Assembly: GCA_949031345.1 (NCBI GenBank) | Contig: CARNVA010000008.1 | Coordinates: 7,661 to 71,660, forward strand | Direction: 5' to 3' | Origin: an uncultured Eubacteriales bacterium | Lineage (GTDB): Bacteria > Bacillota > Clostridia > Christensenellales > UBA1242 | Length of the DNA stretch: 64,000 bases | In this document: positions 1 through 9,630 of the stretch, piece by piece | Layout: each line of letters opens with the position of its first letter | Numbering within the stretch: the first letter of the stretch is position 1 | Made by a program: the position numbers and the translations under genes | Notes under the pieces: generated by a model | Databases searched by the model: none | Told to the model about the DNA's origin: nothing | Seen by the model: only the letters and a program-made list of their open reading frames with translations

Positions 1-22
1 CACAAGGCGTATAAGAGAATCA

Positions 23-439
23 ATGAAAAAAGCAATTGTCTTTGCAACTATTGATTTTGAAGTTTTAATTCAAAAAATGTTGGAAAGTCCATATTTGCAT
101 GAAGTTGAAGACAACAACACTCAATTTGTATTGACACTTGAACAAATAGACTTTATATACAAAATCAAAAACATGTGTAACAAACAAATTGACTGTCAAA
201 TTGCCTGTTACCCTAACATCAATTTACCTCATCTATACAACAAGATAAGAGAGAGTGAGTTTTTGCTTACAAACAGCAACCTCAATCTTAAATGGCTTTT
301 AGAACACGCAAGCGAAATAATGAAAGATAAGTACAAGCAATACTACCCAAGACAGGAAGAACACAAAAAGGGTTTCCAAGGGCGGAATAATACACCCGAT
401 TATTGGAACTCACTATTCAACAATCCAAATGATATTTAA
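23..439 (+). CDS. hypothetical protein (element-borne)
   Basis: 138-aa ORF on the module strand. No motif recognised. Confidence 0.5.
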   Translation: MKKAIVFATIDFEVLIQKMLESPYLHEVEDNNTQFVLTLEQIDFIYKIKNMCNKQIDCQIACYPNINLPHLYNKIRESEFLLTNSNLNLKWLLEHASEIMKDKYKQYYPRQEEHKKGFQGRNNTPDYWNSLFNNPNDI

Positions 440-442
440 CTT

Positions 443-559
443 ATGAAAGCAATACAACAATCAATCATTCCTGGCATGGAAGCTTCTGTGGAAGCAATAG
501 AAAAACAATTTAAAAAGTCGAAAGCACAAAAAGAAAAACAAAAAAGGAGGAAATCGTGA
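443..559 (+). CDS. small basic K/Q-rich peptide (38 aa), hypothetical
   Basis: ORF below the track cutoff, with ATG at 443 and TGA at 557-559. Its stop overlaps the GTG start of the next gene (GTGA). Confidence 0.3.
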   Translation: MKAIQQSIIPGMEASVEAIEKQFKKSKAQKEKQKRRKS

Positions 560-753
560 AAGTTTTTAAAGGAATAATTACATTTTTGTTTATCGTTAGC
601 GTTTCATTTATGATTACAACCCTGACTTTTGCAGTAGAACATAAACATACTTTTACAGAAGAAATTCAATCTTGGAGTCCTGCAAAAGAAAGCCCAGCTG
701 ACTCAACCAATGAAAAAATTGAAATTGAAAACAACGAAATTATTATTAAATAA
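556..753 (+). CDS. small secreted or membrane protein (65 aa)
   Basis: GTG start 6 nt after AAGGAGG. An N-terminal hydrophobic signal-like segment (IITFLFIVSVSFMITTLTFA) is followed by an acidic tail. Confidence 0.5.
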   Translation: MKVFKGIITFLFIVSVSFMITTLTFAVEHKHTFTEEIQSWSPAKESPADSTNEKIEIENNEIIIK

Positions 754-769
754 AAGTCGAGGTAAAAAA

Positions 770-862
770 ATGAAGGCTGTAAGAATTATAAAATACATTT
801 TTATTTTCTGCATATTAGTCGGCAGCTCAGCACTAGCAGGCTATCTTACACTATTGAATTGA
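770..862 (+). CDS. 30-aa hydrophobic peptide, candidate coat or assembly peptide
   Basis: ORF below the track cutoff with a GAGG RBS. Translation is MKAVRIIKYIFIFCILVGSSALAGYLTLLN. Its size and hydrophobicity resemble filamentous-phage minor or major coat peptides. Confidence 0.35.
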   Translation: MKAVRIIKYIFIFCILVGSSALAGYLTLLN

Positions 863-868
863 GGTTTT

Positions 869-2158
869 ATGGAAAAATTAAAAACTGGAACAAAAGTTAT
901 TAGCATAATTTTAGCCGTTATTATTGGACTTGCCTGCTTAATTATTGATGCCTGGTTTCTGTACATAAAACTGCATGGCGAAACAAAAATGACTTCGGTC
1001 ACTGTAAATATGAATGAATTAAAACTGGCAGACGGCAGTACAAAAGAGATAATACAAATAAAACATAAGCGAAATAAAAATCGCAGCGGCATTGAACTTT
1101 TTGAAATCAAATTAAATTATTTAACCAACGAAAATAAGGATGCCTTTTTCAGTCAAGGCCTTCAATATGCCGGCAATAGCTTAAACAGTGCTATAGTATG
1201 GAAAGACTTTGATTACATTTCAAAAACAGCAGGAAATTGGGATTATAAATTTAACCAATACAAATTGCAAGAAGTCTCAAGGTTTCTTTGGAAGGGCAAC
1301 TACTACGCAAGCTACTTTTCCCCTTTTACAGACACTAAAAAATATGAATATCAATCATTCAATGACTTTGCAACAATAGGATCAACTAACCCTATAACTC
1401 CAAGTTCATACTTTACCCTTCAACTTGGCGGTACTAATGAAATCATATATATGCAATTGAAAGGCGATAATTATGCGACGATAAATAAAGCAACACATTT
1501 GATTACTGCCGACCAAGAGGAAAGTATAGGCTATAAAAGCCGTGAAGGCACCTTTGAATCCGACTATATAACTATCTTCAACGACTATAACATGGACTAT
1601 TTTGCTTACACCCTCTATCAAAGCATTTCTACTTTGCCTTCAGGCACGAAAGGAAAGTTTGTTTTTGAATTTGGGAATATTTTTAAATATTTTCTTGCAG
1701 AAAATGGCTTTGTTGGAAATGAAATTCAAACTGAAGATTCTACAAAAGTCATAAACAATATTAAGTCCTACTATACAATTTCTGTTGAAGTCTATGATGA
1801 CGGAGCAAAAAATGCAAACGATAGTATGTTTGGCGTTATTAAAAACGACCCTACCTTCTCAATTAAACCTTCTTATGGCGACTCGGGAAATTACTTTGCA
1901 GGAACGTCAATATTAGACTGCGACATTTACGATTTTGATTTAGTAAGGATTGATGAAATTTATTGTGCATTAAAACTTAAAAAAGAATTTTTAAGTGCAT
2001 ATGAAAAATATGCAAAGGATATAAAGCTGAATATTGTCATAGATACTTCTATTTTAAAAGCTCAAGGACTTGATTATGCTGGCTTTGCAACCGATAGCGG
2101 ACTTGACAATTTTACTATTTTAAACACCACCATTCTACAGGAGGTGCAAAATGCTTAA
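869..2158 (+). CDS. membrane-anchored protein (429 aa), function unknown
   Basis: Long ORF with an N-terminal TM helix (VISIILAVIIGLACLIIDAWFLYI). No catalytic motif recognised. Confidence 0.7.
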   Translation: MEKLKTGTKVISIILAVIIGLACLIIDAWFLYIKLHGETKMTSVTVNMNELKLADGSTKEIIQIKHKRNKNRSGIELFEIKLNYLTNENKDAFFSQGLQYAGNSLNSAIVWKDFDYISKTAGNWDYKFNQYKLQEVSRFLWKGNYYASYFSPFTDTKKYEYQSFNDFATIGSTNPITPSSYFTLQLGGTNEIIYMQLKGDNYATINKATHLITADQEESIGYKSREGTFESDYITIFNDYNMDYFAYTLYQSISTLPSGTKGKFVFEFGNIFKYFLAENGFVGNEIQTEDSTKVINNIKSYYTISVEVYDDGAKNANDSMFGVIKNDPTFSIKPSYGDSGNYFAGTSILDCDIYDFDLVRIDEIYCALKLKKEFLSAYEKYAKDIKLNIVIDTSILKAQGLDYAGFATDSGLDNFTILNTTILQEVQNA

Positions 2159-3458
2159 TTTATTTTTCAACATAACGCCCATTTATGACGTCATAATTCT
2201 TATCTTAATGATCCTACTCATCATTGCTGTAATAAAAGAACCAAAATGTAGAGTGTATGTATTTACCCTATTTATTGCTGCCTTTCTTGCACTGACAGCT
2301 TATAGCGGAATAGAACTCAACTATTATTACCAGGCAAAAGGTGGAATATTTGGTCACATAAAAGATATTGCTCATTCAAATAAAGTTAATATCGAAAACA
2401 CAAAATTTGAGTTTGAAAACATTGTATTAGTGAAGGATGTTGACAGCAATTTCTCTGCAGAGATTACTATTGATGACATTGTTACGCTTGACAAAAATAG
2501 CAACTATACGATTTATATCAACAACACGCCCTGCACTAATTCAGCGTTTAAAAGCAATTATTTAATGGCTGATTTTAGATACCAGTTTATAAACGATAAT
2601 GAAAAAGTATTGAAAGATGATACTTTGAAATTTCGTTTTTCGTTTAACAAAAACAATACTTACATAAAAATTTACACATCTGGTGGACAGCTTGCTGCTG
2701 ATTATTGGCTTCAGTTTTTTGACCGAAATGGCTTAATTATTGAGTTGAAAAAAGTACAACTAGATGACGAATTATCTTTTGTCGATGGTGAAATTTCTGA
2801 TTTTGTAAAAATTGAATATTATGTCGATGACGAAATTTTTACTTATCAATCAATTAAAAAAGGCGAGAAATTAAAACTCGCAAATGCACCAGAAAAAGAA
2901 AATCATATCTTCTTAGGTTGGCTTTCTGAAAGCAACGATTGCATTTTGGAAGATTATGTTGTTGTTGAGAATATGAAACTTCACGCTTCTTATAAAGAAG
3001 CAAGGATTTATTCCGATTTTGTTTTTAATGGCGGATATTTTGAAAAATATGTCGGTGTTGAGGAAAATGTTGTTGTTCCTGCGTCTTATTCGCTGACCCC
3101 CGACGGCCGTGCTTATGAGGGAGACGAACATATTGTTTTTGGCATTTCAATGTTTGCCTTTGAAAATAACGATTACATAAAGTCAATAACCTTCCCTTCT
3201 ACAATAACAATTTTAGAGTCACATTCAATTTACAACTGTAATTCACTGCAATATGTAGTTTTAAATTCTACCATTCCGCCTTTAATTGGGCCAGAGCACT
3301 TCTGTATAACAGAAGTTGAAGAATTAAATGTTTATGTTCCTGATAAAGCATTTTTAGATTACCAAAATTATTGCTATGACCCCGAAGGCTGGGGCACAAC
3401 ATATGAAACACCTTATGTAAAACTTTGTAAATTATCAACTTTGATAATTACTCATTAA
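2151..3458 (+). CDS. membrane protein with Listeria-Bacteroides-type repeat and BspA-like leucine-rich repeats (435 aa)
   Basis: The ATG overlaps the upstream stop (ATGCTTAA) behind a GGAGG RBS. It has two N-terminal TM helices, an 'HIFLGWLSE' repeat signature, and C-terminal LRRs (ITFPSTITILESHSIYNCNSLQYVVL). Confidence 0.75.
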   Translation: MLNLFFNITPIYDVIILILMILLIIAVIKEPKCRVYVFTLFIAAFLALTAYSGIELNYYYQAKGGIFGHIKDIAHSNKVNIENTKFEFENIVLVKDVDSNFSAEITIDDIVTLDKNSNYTIYINNTPCTNSAFKSNYLMADFRYQFINDNEKVLKDDTLKFRFSFNKNNTYIKIYTSGGQLAADYWLQFFDRNGLIIELKKVQLDDELSFVDGEISDFVKIEYYVDDEIFTYQSIKKGEKLKLANAPEKENHIFLGWLSESNDCILEDYVVVENMKLHASYKEARIYSDFVFNGGYFEKYVGVEENVVVPASYSLTPDGRAYEGDEHIVFGISMFAFENNDYIKSITFPSTITILESHSIYNCNSLQYVVLNSTIPPLIGPEHFCITEVEELNVYVPDKAFLDYQNYCYDPEGWGTTYETPYVKLCKLSTLIITH

Positions 3459-3472
3459 AATGGAGGAAATAT

Positions 3473-5414
3473 ATGAAAAAAAACAACAAAATGGATAATT
3501 GGCGGTGCTGTAGTATTATTACTAAGCACTGGCTTGACTTTAGGTCATGTTTTTAGACACGAAATAAAAGATTGGGTTAAAGGTTTTCAATCGTCCAAGC
3601 CAAACCCAAGCCCTGTAGATCCTAAGCCACCTATTCAACTTACTTGCTTGGTTTCAGTTGAAATTCACCGCCCTGACGGTGTTGAAAAAGAAAGTCAAGA
3701 GGTAGAAACTGGATATGAGCTGGAACTTCCTGATACTAATGCCATGGATGAAATTGAAGGTTATATTGCACGCTACTTTTATGTTACTGGATCGGGCTAT
3801 AACAACAGAAAATTACTTGGCGGACAAACTATCACCATTACAAGCGACACAAAAATTACTGTAGCTTATGAAAAAATTATCACAATTGCCTTTGACGTTG
3901 ACGGCAATATAGAATTTCAAGAAGTGATTGAAGGAGACTCCCCTTTTTGGAGAACACCTTCAAAAGTCGGCATGAACTTTGATGGCTGGACTTTGGACGG
4001 AGAAAATGTAATTGACTTATCAAAATATAAAGTAACAGAGTTTGTTACGTTTATCGCAAAATTTTCTTATAAATATTACACTGTTGAATTTGTTCTTAGT
4101 GACACAATGAGATTAAGCTGTAATTATCGCAGCGATAATCAAGTTTATGTTCCAGCGCCTCTTCAAATTGAAGGCAAAGATTGCCTGGGCTGGACTAAAG
4201 ATGGTGAGAATGTCTTTGATTTTAATAAAGTTATTACTGAAGATACCGTCTTCCACCCTTTATATGCCGATCAATCATTTGATGAAACGCTCCCTTTTGC
4301 AATAGAAAATGGTGAAATTACTGGTTATTCTGGGAACGAATCAAATGTTGTAATTCCATCCTCCTATTCTGTCGACAGTCGCGGCAATATAATCGAAGGA
4401 AATGATTATCAAATTGTTAAAATAAGAGATTTTGCGTTTAGAGATTCAAACATGGTTTCTGTTGAAATTATGCCTGGCGTAATTTCAATTGGTGACCAAG
4501 CTTTCTATAATTGCCTTAATCTTGAAAGAGTTATAATCCATGAAGGTTTGACTAGTCTTGGAGATTTAGCATTTGCTGAGTGTGATAATTTAATTTCTAT
4601 AGAACTACCATCTACTATCAATGAATTAAATGGATTTACTTTTTCTGAAATCGACAATTTGCAAAATATTCAAATTTCCGAAGATAACCCTTCTTATAAA
4701 AGTGAAGGCTCAGTTATTCTTACAAAAGATGGCTCACATTTAGTTTTTGCAACAAAAGATGCAGTCATTCCAGAGTCAGTCATTGTAATTGACAATTATG
4801 CTTATGTCTATTCTAAAGTTAAAGAACTAGTTTTGCCGGATTGTGTAACGACAATTGAAGAAAATGCTTTTATGGGATGCAGCGAGCTTACTTCATTAAC
4901 CTTGTCTGCAAACTTACAATTTGATTGGCAATCACAATGCTTTTTGCAAAACTTGGATAAATTTGAAAAACTTGTGATTAAAAATAAAATAGAGAATGCC
5001 TCAAATTTAATCCATGTTCAGTCATTTCAACCTAGAACAAGCTTAATCAATGTCTACGTTCCAGATGAATATTTAGAAGATTATATCAATGCATTCATGT
5101 ATTCTTCACCAATTGTTGTCAATACACTCTCTTCTTTAGAAACTGGCGAAACTCCAACAAAACATGCCGTTTTGTTTAGATATCCTTCAACAGCTGAATA
5201 TTTAGACAATTACAATTGTGCTGATGGTAAAATTTGTGAAACAGGCGACAAGGTTGGCTATAACCACACCGCTCAACTTGAAGGTTATAGATTCTTGCAT
5301 TGGGTAAAGCAAGACCCATTGACAATGGAAGAGGTTGAAGTTGTTGAAGATATTGAGAATTATTTAATTACAGAAAATACTATTTTTAAAGCAATATTTA
5401 GCCCAATTATATAA
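3473..5414 (+). CDS. LRR / Listeria-Bacteroides-repeat protein, candidate adsorption protein; reading frame broken at an A8 tract after the start codon
   Basis: GGAGG lies 8 nt before ATG 3473. In the sequence as given, ATG plus A8 (3476..3483) runs into a stop after 27 codons. With A7 it reads MKKTTKWIIGGAVVLLLSTGLTLGHVF..., a classic signal anchor continuous with ORF 3534..5414. The body has 'FDGWTLDGENV' and 'CLGWTKDGENVF' repeats and BspA-type LRRs. Confidence 0.7.
3476..3483 (+). repeat. A8 homopolymer at codons 2-4 of the LRR protein gene
   Basis: Counted directly as eight consecutive A. Tract length decides whether ATG 3473 is in frame with the 626-aa ORF. Confidence 0.9.
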
Positions 5415-5431
5415 AAAAAGGAGAAAAACTC

Positions 5432-5659
5432 ATGAAAAAAGTAAAAAAAACAACAAAAACACCCAAAAACAAAGAAAGACGCCCTCTAAAAGGCTCTAAA
5501 ACGCCCATTAAGTCTTCTTCAACCAAATCTTCAAGTAAAGGCTCTAAAACCTCACCTAGACCAACCAGCAAAGCCAAATTAAAATCAACTGCTCTAAAAC
5601 CATCAAATATAAGCAAAACTAAGCGTAAAGTTAAAGCTGTAACTATCTATTACGCATAA
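5432..5659 (+). CDS. small strongly basic K/S/T/P-rich protein (75 aa)
   Basis: GGAG RBS. The composition suggests a nucleic-acid-binding or disordered protein. Confidence 0.5.
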   Translation: MKKVKKTTKTPKNKERRPLKGSKTPIKSSSTKSSSKGSKTSPRPTSKAKLKSTALKPSNISKTKRKVKAVTIYYA

Positions 5660-5668
5660 AGGCAAATA

Positions 5669-6589
5669 ATGAAAATCTATGACGATATTATAAAAATATT
5701 TGAAGATGGAATATTTGGTCCCACTGATATTGTTATTATTTGGGGCAAACGACGACGGGGTAAAAGTTCCCTTGCAGGAATGTTTATGGACCAATTCATG
5801 CGACCTAAAATTGCCAAAAATGATGTGCAAACATCAAAGGCAATTTGCAATCAAATAAGAGAAGCAGGTTATAACATACACCCACCAACTGACCATACTG
5901 TTTTTTGTGATACTTTCTTTGAAAGTAAAGGGTTTGGTAGAAAAAGAAACTCTCCATATAAATTTAATGGAATAGATTTTGGACTTCCAAATGAAACTCA
6001 TAATACTGAACTATTATGTCCATGCGGTAGATACTTTCTTGACGAAACACAGGACCTTTTTGATAGTCACAGACCCTCTCTCTCCACTTTTGTTACTAAA
6101 TCAATTGAATTGTCAGGGCAAATGAAAATATTCTTATGCCTTATTGCTCAGCGTCCAAAAAGAATACATATTGACATAAGAGAACTTGCCGTATTTATTG
6201 AGGTTGTTAAAATGAAAAAAGTTTACAACAAATATGGTCGAATAATTGAATGTTTTTGGGAATGTAATATCATTTATGAAAATGCGGATTTAGAGCAATA
6301 TTTAAACACTCATGATAGGAAGTATATTGATAAGCGTGTTATGTTTAAATATAAAGGTAATATTTTCAATTGCTATGATACCAACTATTTTTTACCAATG
6401 TTTTTTAGAAACATGGAGAATCGAGATTTAATACTTGAAAAAACAAAAAGGACTGAATTCTCAACATCATTTTTTGATGAATATTTTAAAAATCGTGTTA
6501 TTGATATACCTGATTCGTATTTTGGCAAAAAACCAAAAAGTCCTAAAAAGGAGGAAGTTTTAAGTGCAGACGGAAAAACAGTGGCGTGA
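5669..6589 (+). CDS. Zot / pI-like P-loop NTPase (filamentous-phage assembly ATPase family)
   Basis: Walker A is IIIWGKRRRGKSS and Walker B is GRYFLDETQDLF. These are followed by the Zot-like segment SGQMKIFLCLIAQRPKRIHIDIRELAVFIE. No C-terminal TM helix was seen, which is atypical for pI. Confidence 0.6.
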   Translation: MKIYDDIIKIFEDGIFGPTDIVIIWGKRRRGKSSLAGMFMDQFMRPKIAKNDVQTSKAICNQIREAGYNIHPPTDHTVFCDTFFESKGFGRKRNSPYKFNGIDFGLPNETHNTELLCPCGRYFLDETQDLFDSHRPSLSTFVTKSIELSGQMKIFLCLIAQRPKRIHIDIRELAVFIEVVKMKKVYNKYGRIIECFWECNIIYENADLEQYLNTHDRKYIDKRVMFKYKGNIFNCYDTNYFLPMFFRNMENRDLILEKTKRTEFSTSFFDEYFKNRVIDIPDSYFGKKPKSPKKEEVLSADGKTVA

Positions 6590-7004
6590 ACATGAAGAAT
6601 TAAAAACCATGGCTGATTATATGGATGAATTAACAAATATGATTGAACTTTCCCAAGGCTTAGATGGCTCTCAATCTGCGGAAGAACTTGATAAAATTAT
6701 TTCATTGCTACTTAGAGCAATTAAAGAGAAAGAAAAATATGTTATTAAGCGTTCAAGGAAATGGCGAAAAAAGCAAGGCTTTTTATCAAGATTTAAAGAT
6801 ACTATTGAAGAACGACGTGCTTTAAAGGCTTTAAAACATGCTGAGAATGATGAGTACGATGAACAAGATGAAACAGACGAAACAGACGAAGAAAAAGAAG
6901 AAGAGCCTATCAATACAACTTGTACAAATCAAACGCAACAATTGATTACAAATTCACCTTCGCCAGCCCTTGAAGAAGGTCAACAAGAATTGTTGGAATT
7001 TTAA
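6564..7004 (+). CDS. acidic coiled-coil protein (146 aa)
   Basis: GTG start after AGGAGG, overlapping the upstream gene. Contains a D/E run (DEYDEQDETDETDEEKEEE). Confidence 0.5.
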   Translation: MQTEKQWREHEELKTMADYMDELTNMIELSQGLDGSQSAEELDKIISLLLRAIKEKEKYVIKRSRKWRKKQGFLSRFKDTIEERRALKALKHAENDEYDEQDETDETDEEKEEEPINTTCTNQTQQLITNSPSPALEEGQQELLEF

Positions 7005-7090
7005 AAAATCTTGAAAAAAATCAAAAGCCGGCAAAAGAAACACTATGAGCGTAGCCAAGTGTTCTTGCCGCTTTGATTTTCAAGATTTTT
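7005..7090. repeat. long imperfect inverted repeat (about 32 paired positions) in the intergenic region
   Basis: The left arm is AAAATCTTGAAAAAAATCAAAAGCCGGCAAAAGAAACACT and the right arm is AGTGTTCTTGCCGCTTTGATTTTCAAGATTTT. Small bulges lie only on the left arm, and the loop is about 13 nt. Confidence 0.8.
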
Positions 7091-7104
7091 AAAGTCCAAA
7101 TTTA

Positions 7105-7129
7105 CCAAACGCAAAATTTTTGCGTTTGG
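7105..7129. promoter_or_regulatory. perfect 12+1+12 palindrome upstream of the XRE regulator gene (operator or origin candidate)
   Basis: The sequence is CCAAACGCAAAA-T-TTTTGCGTTTGG. A further GCGTTTGCG half-site follows at about 7134-7145. Confidence 0.6.
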
Positions 7130-7216
7130 GCAATTGCGTTTGCGAAATTTTACACAAAAAAATTAAAAATTTCAATTTCAAAAACTTTCAAAATCAAAAA
7201 TTTAACGGAGGAAAAT

Positions 7217-7396
7217 ATGGCTGAAATCAAAAAAATGATAAATGCAATACTCACAAAAGGCAACATGAACCAAAAGGAACTTGCTGCCAAACTTAAAGTT
7301 TCGCCTGCTCAAATCACCCGCTGGCGTGATGACGCAGAACCACGCCTTAAAAATTACCAGGAACTTGAAAAAATTTACAACGATTTGCCAGCTTAA
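7217..7396 (+). CDS. XRE-type helix-turn-helix regulator (59 aa)
   Basis: ATG lies 6 nt after GGAGG. The HTH signature is NQKELAAKLKVSPAQITRWR. The track ORF 7073..7396 is a spurious 5' extension. Confidence 0.75.
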   Translation: MAEIKKMINAILTKGNMNQKELAAKLKVSPAQITRWRDDAEPRLKNYQELEKIYNDLPA

Positions 7397-7411
7397 AAAA
7401 AAGGAGAAAAT

Positions 7412-7819
7412 ATGAAAAGAAAATATATAAGCTATATTGAATTAGTAGAAGAATTACATAAATGCGAAAGCTTAATAACATCACTTGAAGATGATGTTTT
7501 ATATGAAAAGAAAAGGCAAGATAATTTAAACCTTTTAACTAACTATATGTTTAAAGAAGATATCAACTTCATAGAAAGAAAACATATAAAGGACAAACAA
7601 AGCCTACAACATTACATATTGCCCATCAAAGCCCTAGAAGTTGCTAGGCAAAACTGCCCTGAAATAATAATGTGCGGGAAAAGAAAAAGACTAAACGCCT
7701 TCAATGTAGGAGAAGTGCTTGAAGACTTTGTTTCTTTTATTTGTCAAGAAAAAGGTCATAAAATAGGAGTTGGTGACTATCTTATACAAAAATATTTAGA
7801 TGAAAGAGAGTTTTATTAA
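7412..7819 (+). CDS. hypothetical protein (135 aa)
   Basis: GGAG RBS and a long ORF. No motif recognised. Confidence 0.55.
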   Translation: MKRKYISYIELVEELHKCESLITSLEDDVLYEKKRQDNLNLLTNYMFKEDINFIERKHIKDKQSLQHYILPIKALEVARQNCPEIIMCGKRKRLNAFNVGEVLEDFVSFICQEKGHKIGVGDYLIQKYLDEREFY

Positions 7820-8429
7820 AATGGTTTCAAATGATTTGATTAGGTCAATTGGTTATGACCAACAAGAAATAATAAACAACATCTTAAAGCTCTACAACGA
7901 CTCACAACCTATTGATTTTGACCCTTGCTACAATTTAGGAATGTTTTATAAAAATAATAAAGTATGTGCTCCAAGAGTGAAAAGTGATATAAAACCTCTT
8001 CTACAGGGAGTCGAAAAACTAGATGTGCAATATTTACCATTCATAGATGAATTTAATTGCATTATCTTTGACCCGCCTTTTTTAGCTGGCGGTGGATCGG
8101 GCTCAAAAATGGCTCAGCGTTATGGTTCTTTTAAAAACGTTGAAGAACTTCAGCAATTTTTTGTAAATTCTTTTTTCTCTCTGCAGAGAGCTTTAAAAAA
8201 GAAAGGGCTACTTATTGTAAAATGCCAAGACTTTGTAAGTGGCCGGAGAAATTATTTCATGATTGATTTTGTATTAAACTTGGCCAGAGATTTTAATTTC
8301 AAAGTATTAGATTTGTTTATTCTTTTGTCAAAGACAAGACCAACAAAAATTCAACATCAGCAACATGCTAGAAAATATCACTCATACTTCATTGTACTAA
8401 AAAATAAAGGAGGTAAATATGGGACTTAG
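7800..8429 (+). CDS. small DNA methyltransferase (N6-adenine or N4-cytosine class)
   Basis: Catalytic-type motif CIIFDPPFLAGGG (a DPPF/Y variant) in a roughly 200-aa protein. The start codon is uncertain (7800 or 7821). Confidence 0.6.
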   Translation: MKESFIKMVSNDLIRSIGYDQQEIINNILKLYNDSQPIDFDPCYNLGMFYKNNKVCAPRVKSDIKPLLQGVEKLDVQYLPFIDEFNCIIFDPPFLAGGGSGSKMAQRYGSFKNVEELQQFFVNSFFSLQRALKKKGLLIVKCQDFVSGRRNYFMIDFVLNLARDFNFKVLDLFILLSKTRPTKIQHQQHARKYHSYFIVLKNKGGKYGT

Positions 8430-8658
8430 TATTTGGAATCAAGTCAACACGGATAAATTTTTCTGCATATCAAAGATTGACAAAAAGACATTAGAAAAGC
8501 ATGGGATAAATATACCAGTAACACAATTCAAAGATATTGTAAAGAAAACTCCACCGCACAACCAAATACCAACAGGAAGCACCAATTCGCATGGTCATTT
8601 ACGTATGACCAATATTTATCGTTTTGAGGACTTTGACTATCTAAAATCAACCAATTAA
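8419..8658 (+). CDS. hypothetical protein (79 aa)
   Basis: AGGAGG RBS. The start overlaps the end of the upstream gene. Confidence 0.5.
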   Translation: MGLSIWNQVNTDKFFCISKIDKKTLEKHGINIPVTQFKDIVKKTPPHNQIPTGSTNSHGHLRMTNIYRFEDFDYLKSTN

Positions 8659-8672
8659 AAGGAAATAATCAA

Positions 8673-9008
8673 ATGAAAAATAATAAAATTGACAAAGAAA
8701 CGAAAATTTACAAACCAAAAAAATGGAGCTTTAGAAAAAATAAAGCAAGAGAGAACCACCCTTCACTTGTTATAGGTGAAAATGGAAACAATTATGCTAA
8801 TTTAGGACTAACTCACTCTCCCAAAAGAGGACATCACAAAAATACAGAACTGTCAAAAAATCCAAATACAAAAGACAAAAAAACATCTTATATTAGAGAC
8901 GATTTAAAATATGATAAAAAAGAAAACTTAAAGGTAATTCTAAAAGATTACAAATTGTCCTCAAAAGACGTAGATAAAATATTAAAAATAATCAATAAAA
9001 AAAGATAG
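8673..9008 (+). CDS. basic hypothetical protein (111 aa)
   Basis: K-rich ORF and the last gene of the co-oriented block. Ends with TAG. Confidence 0.5.
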   Translation: MKNNKIDKETKIYKPKKWSFRKNKARENHPSLVIGENGNNYANLGLTHSPKRGHHKNTELSKNPNTKDKKTSYIRDDLKYDKKENLKVILKDYKLSSKDVDKILKIINKKR

Positions 9009-9559
9009 CCACTAGGCGGTAGTCATTAGCTACCACGGGTCTATCCTTACAGCTACAATCTCTTGTAACTATTATTAGTATATACTACTTTTTCATAAAT
9101 TGCAACAATTTAACCAAATTTTATGAAAAATTTAGGAGGTAGCCAATGTAAAATGAAAAATATTTTTGCTTAAAATCACGAAAACATATTAAAAATTGAG
9201 TAAAAAAGGCATTTTTAGTTGATATGCCTTTTTTTTGACGTCAAAAGTGCTACTAAAATCTTACTATTCACCCCGCCAAAAACTTCCAGGACTAAAAGAA
9301 AGTAGCAAAGAAAATTTACCATTATATTTTATTTCTATTATATATTTTCTTTCATAGAGAAAAACTAATACTTAATATATGCTAAATAAAAATACTTATA
9401 TTATATACTTAATATATATATTATATATAATTTATATATATAGTGTGAAAAGCGGACTTATTTCAAAAGACAGCTTCCGCTGTCGGCTAACAAGTAAGGA
9501 AAGTCTATTGACCTCATTTCCCTATTCCGCCAAGCCTGATTGAAATTAAAAACAAAAAA

Positions 9560-9583
9560 AGTTTAGTCAAAAGTTTAGTCAAA
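9560..9583 (+). repeat. tandem 12-mer AGTTTAGTCAAA x2 next to the att site
   Basis: Two exact adjacent copies, 48 nt upstream of the tRNA fragment. Confidence 0.85.
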
Positions 9584-9630
9584 AAAGTCTACTTGCCTTT
9601 GTTTATAACACTTATAGCGTTTTAATTTAG

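Noticed and set aside
5407-5830. Antisense ORFs 5407..5616 (-) and 5603..5830 (-), and similar antisense ORFs throughout the track (for example 841..1110, 1406..1621, 2913..3131, 26654..27342 and 21036..21516).
   Set aside because: Each lies opposite a longer ORF that has motifs, an RBS or operon logic. None has its own RBS or any recognisable motif.
9300-9440. TATATA-rich simple sequence resembling stretches at about 50270-50310 and about 54950-55010, considered as a dispersed repeat family.
   Set aside because: The similarity is confined to AT dinucleotide-type low complexity (for example TATATATAATTTATAT), with no extended alignable flanks.
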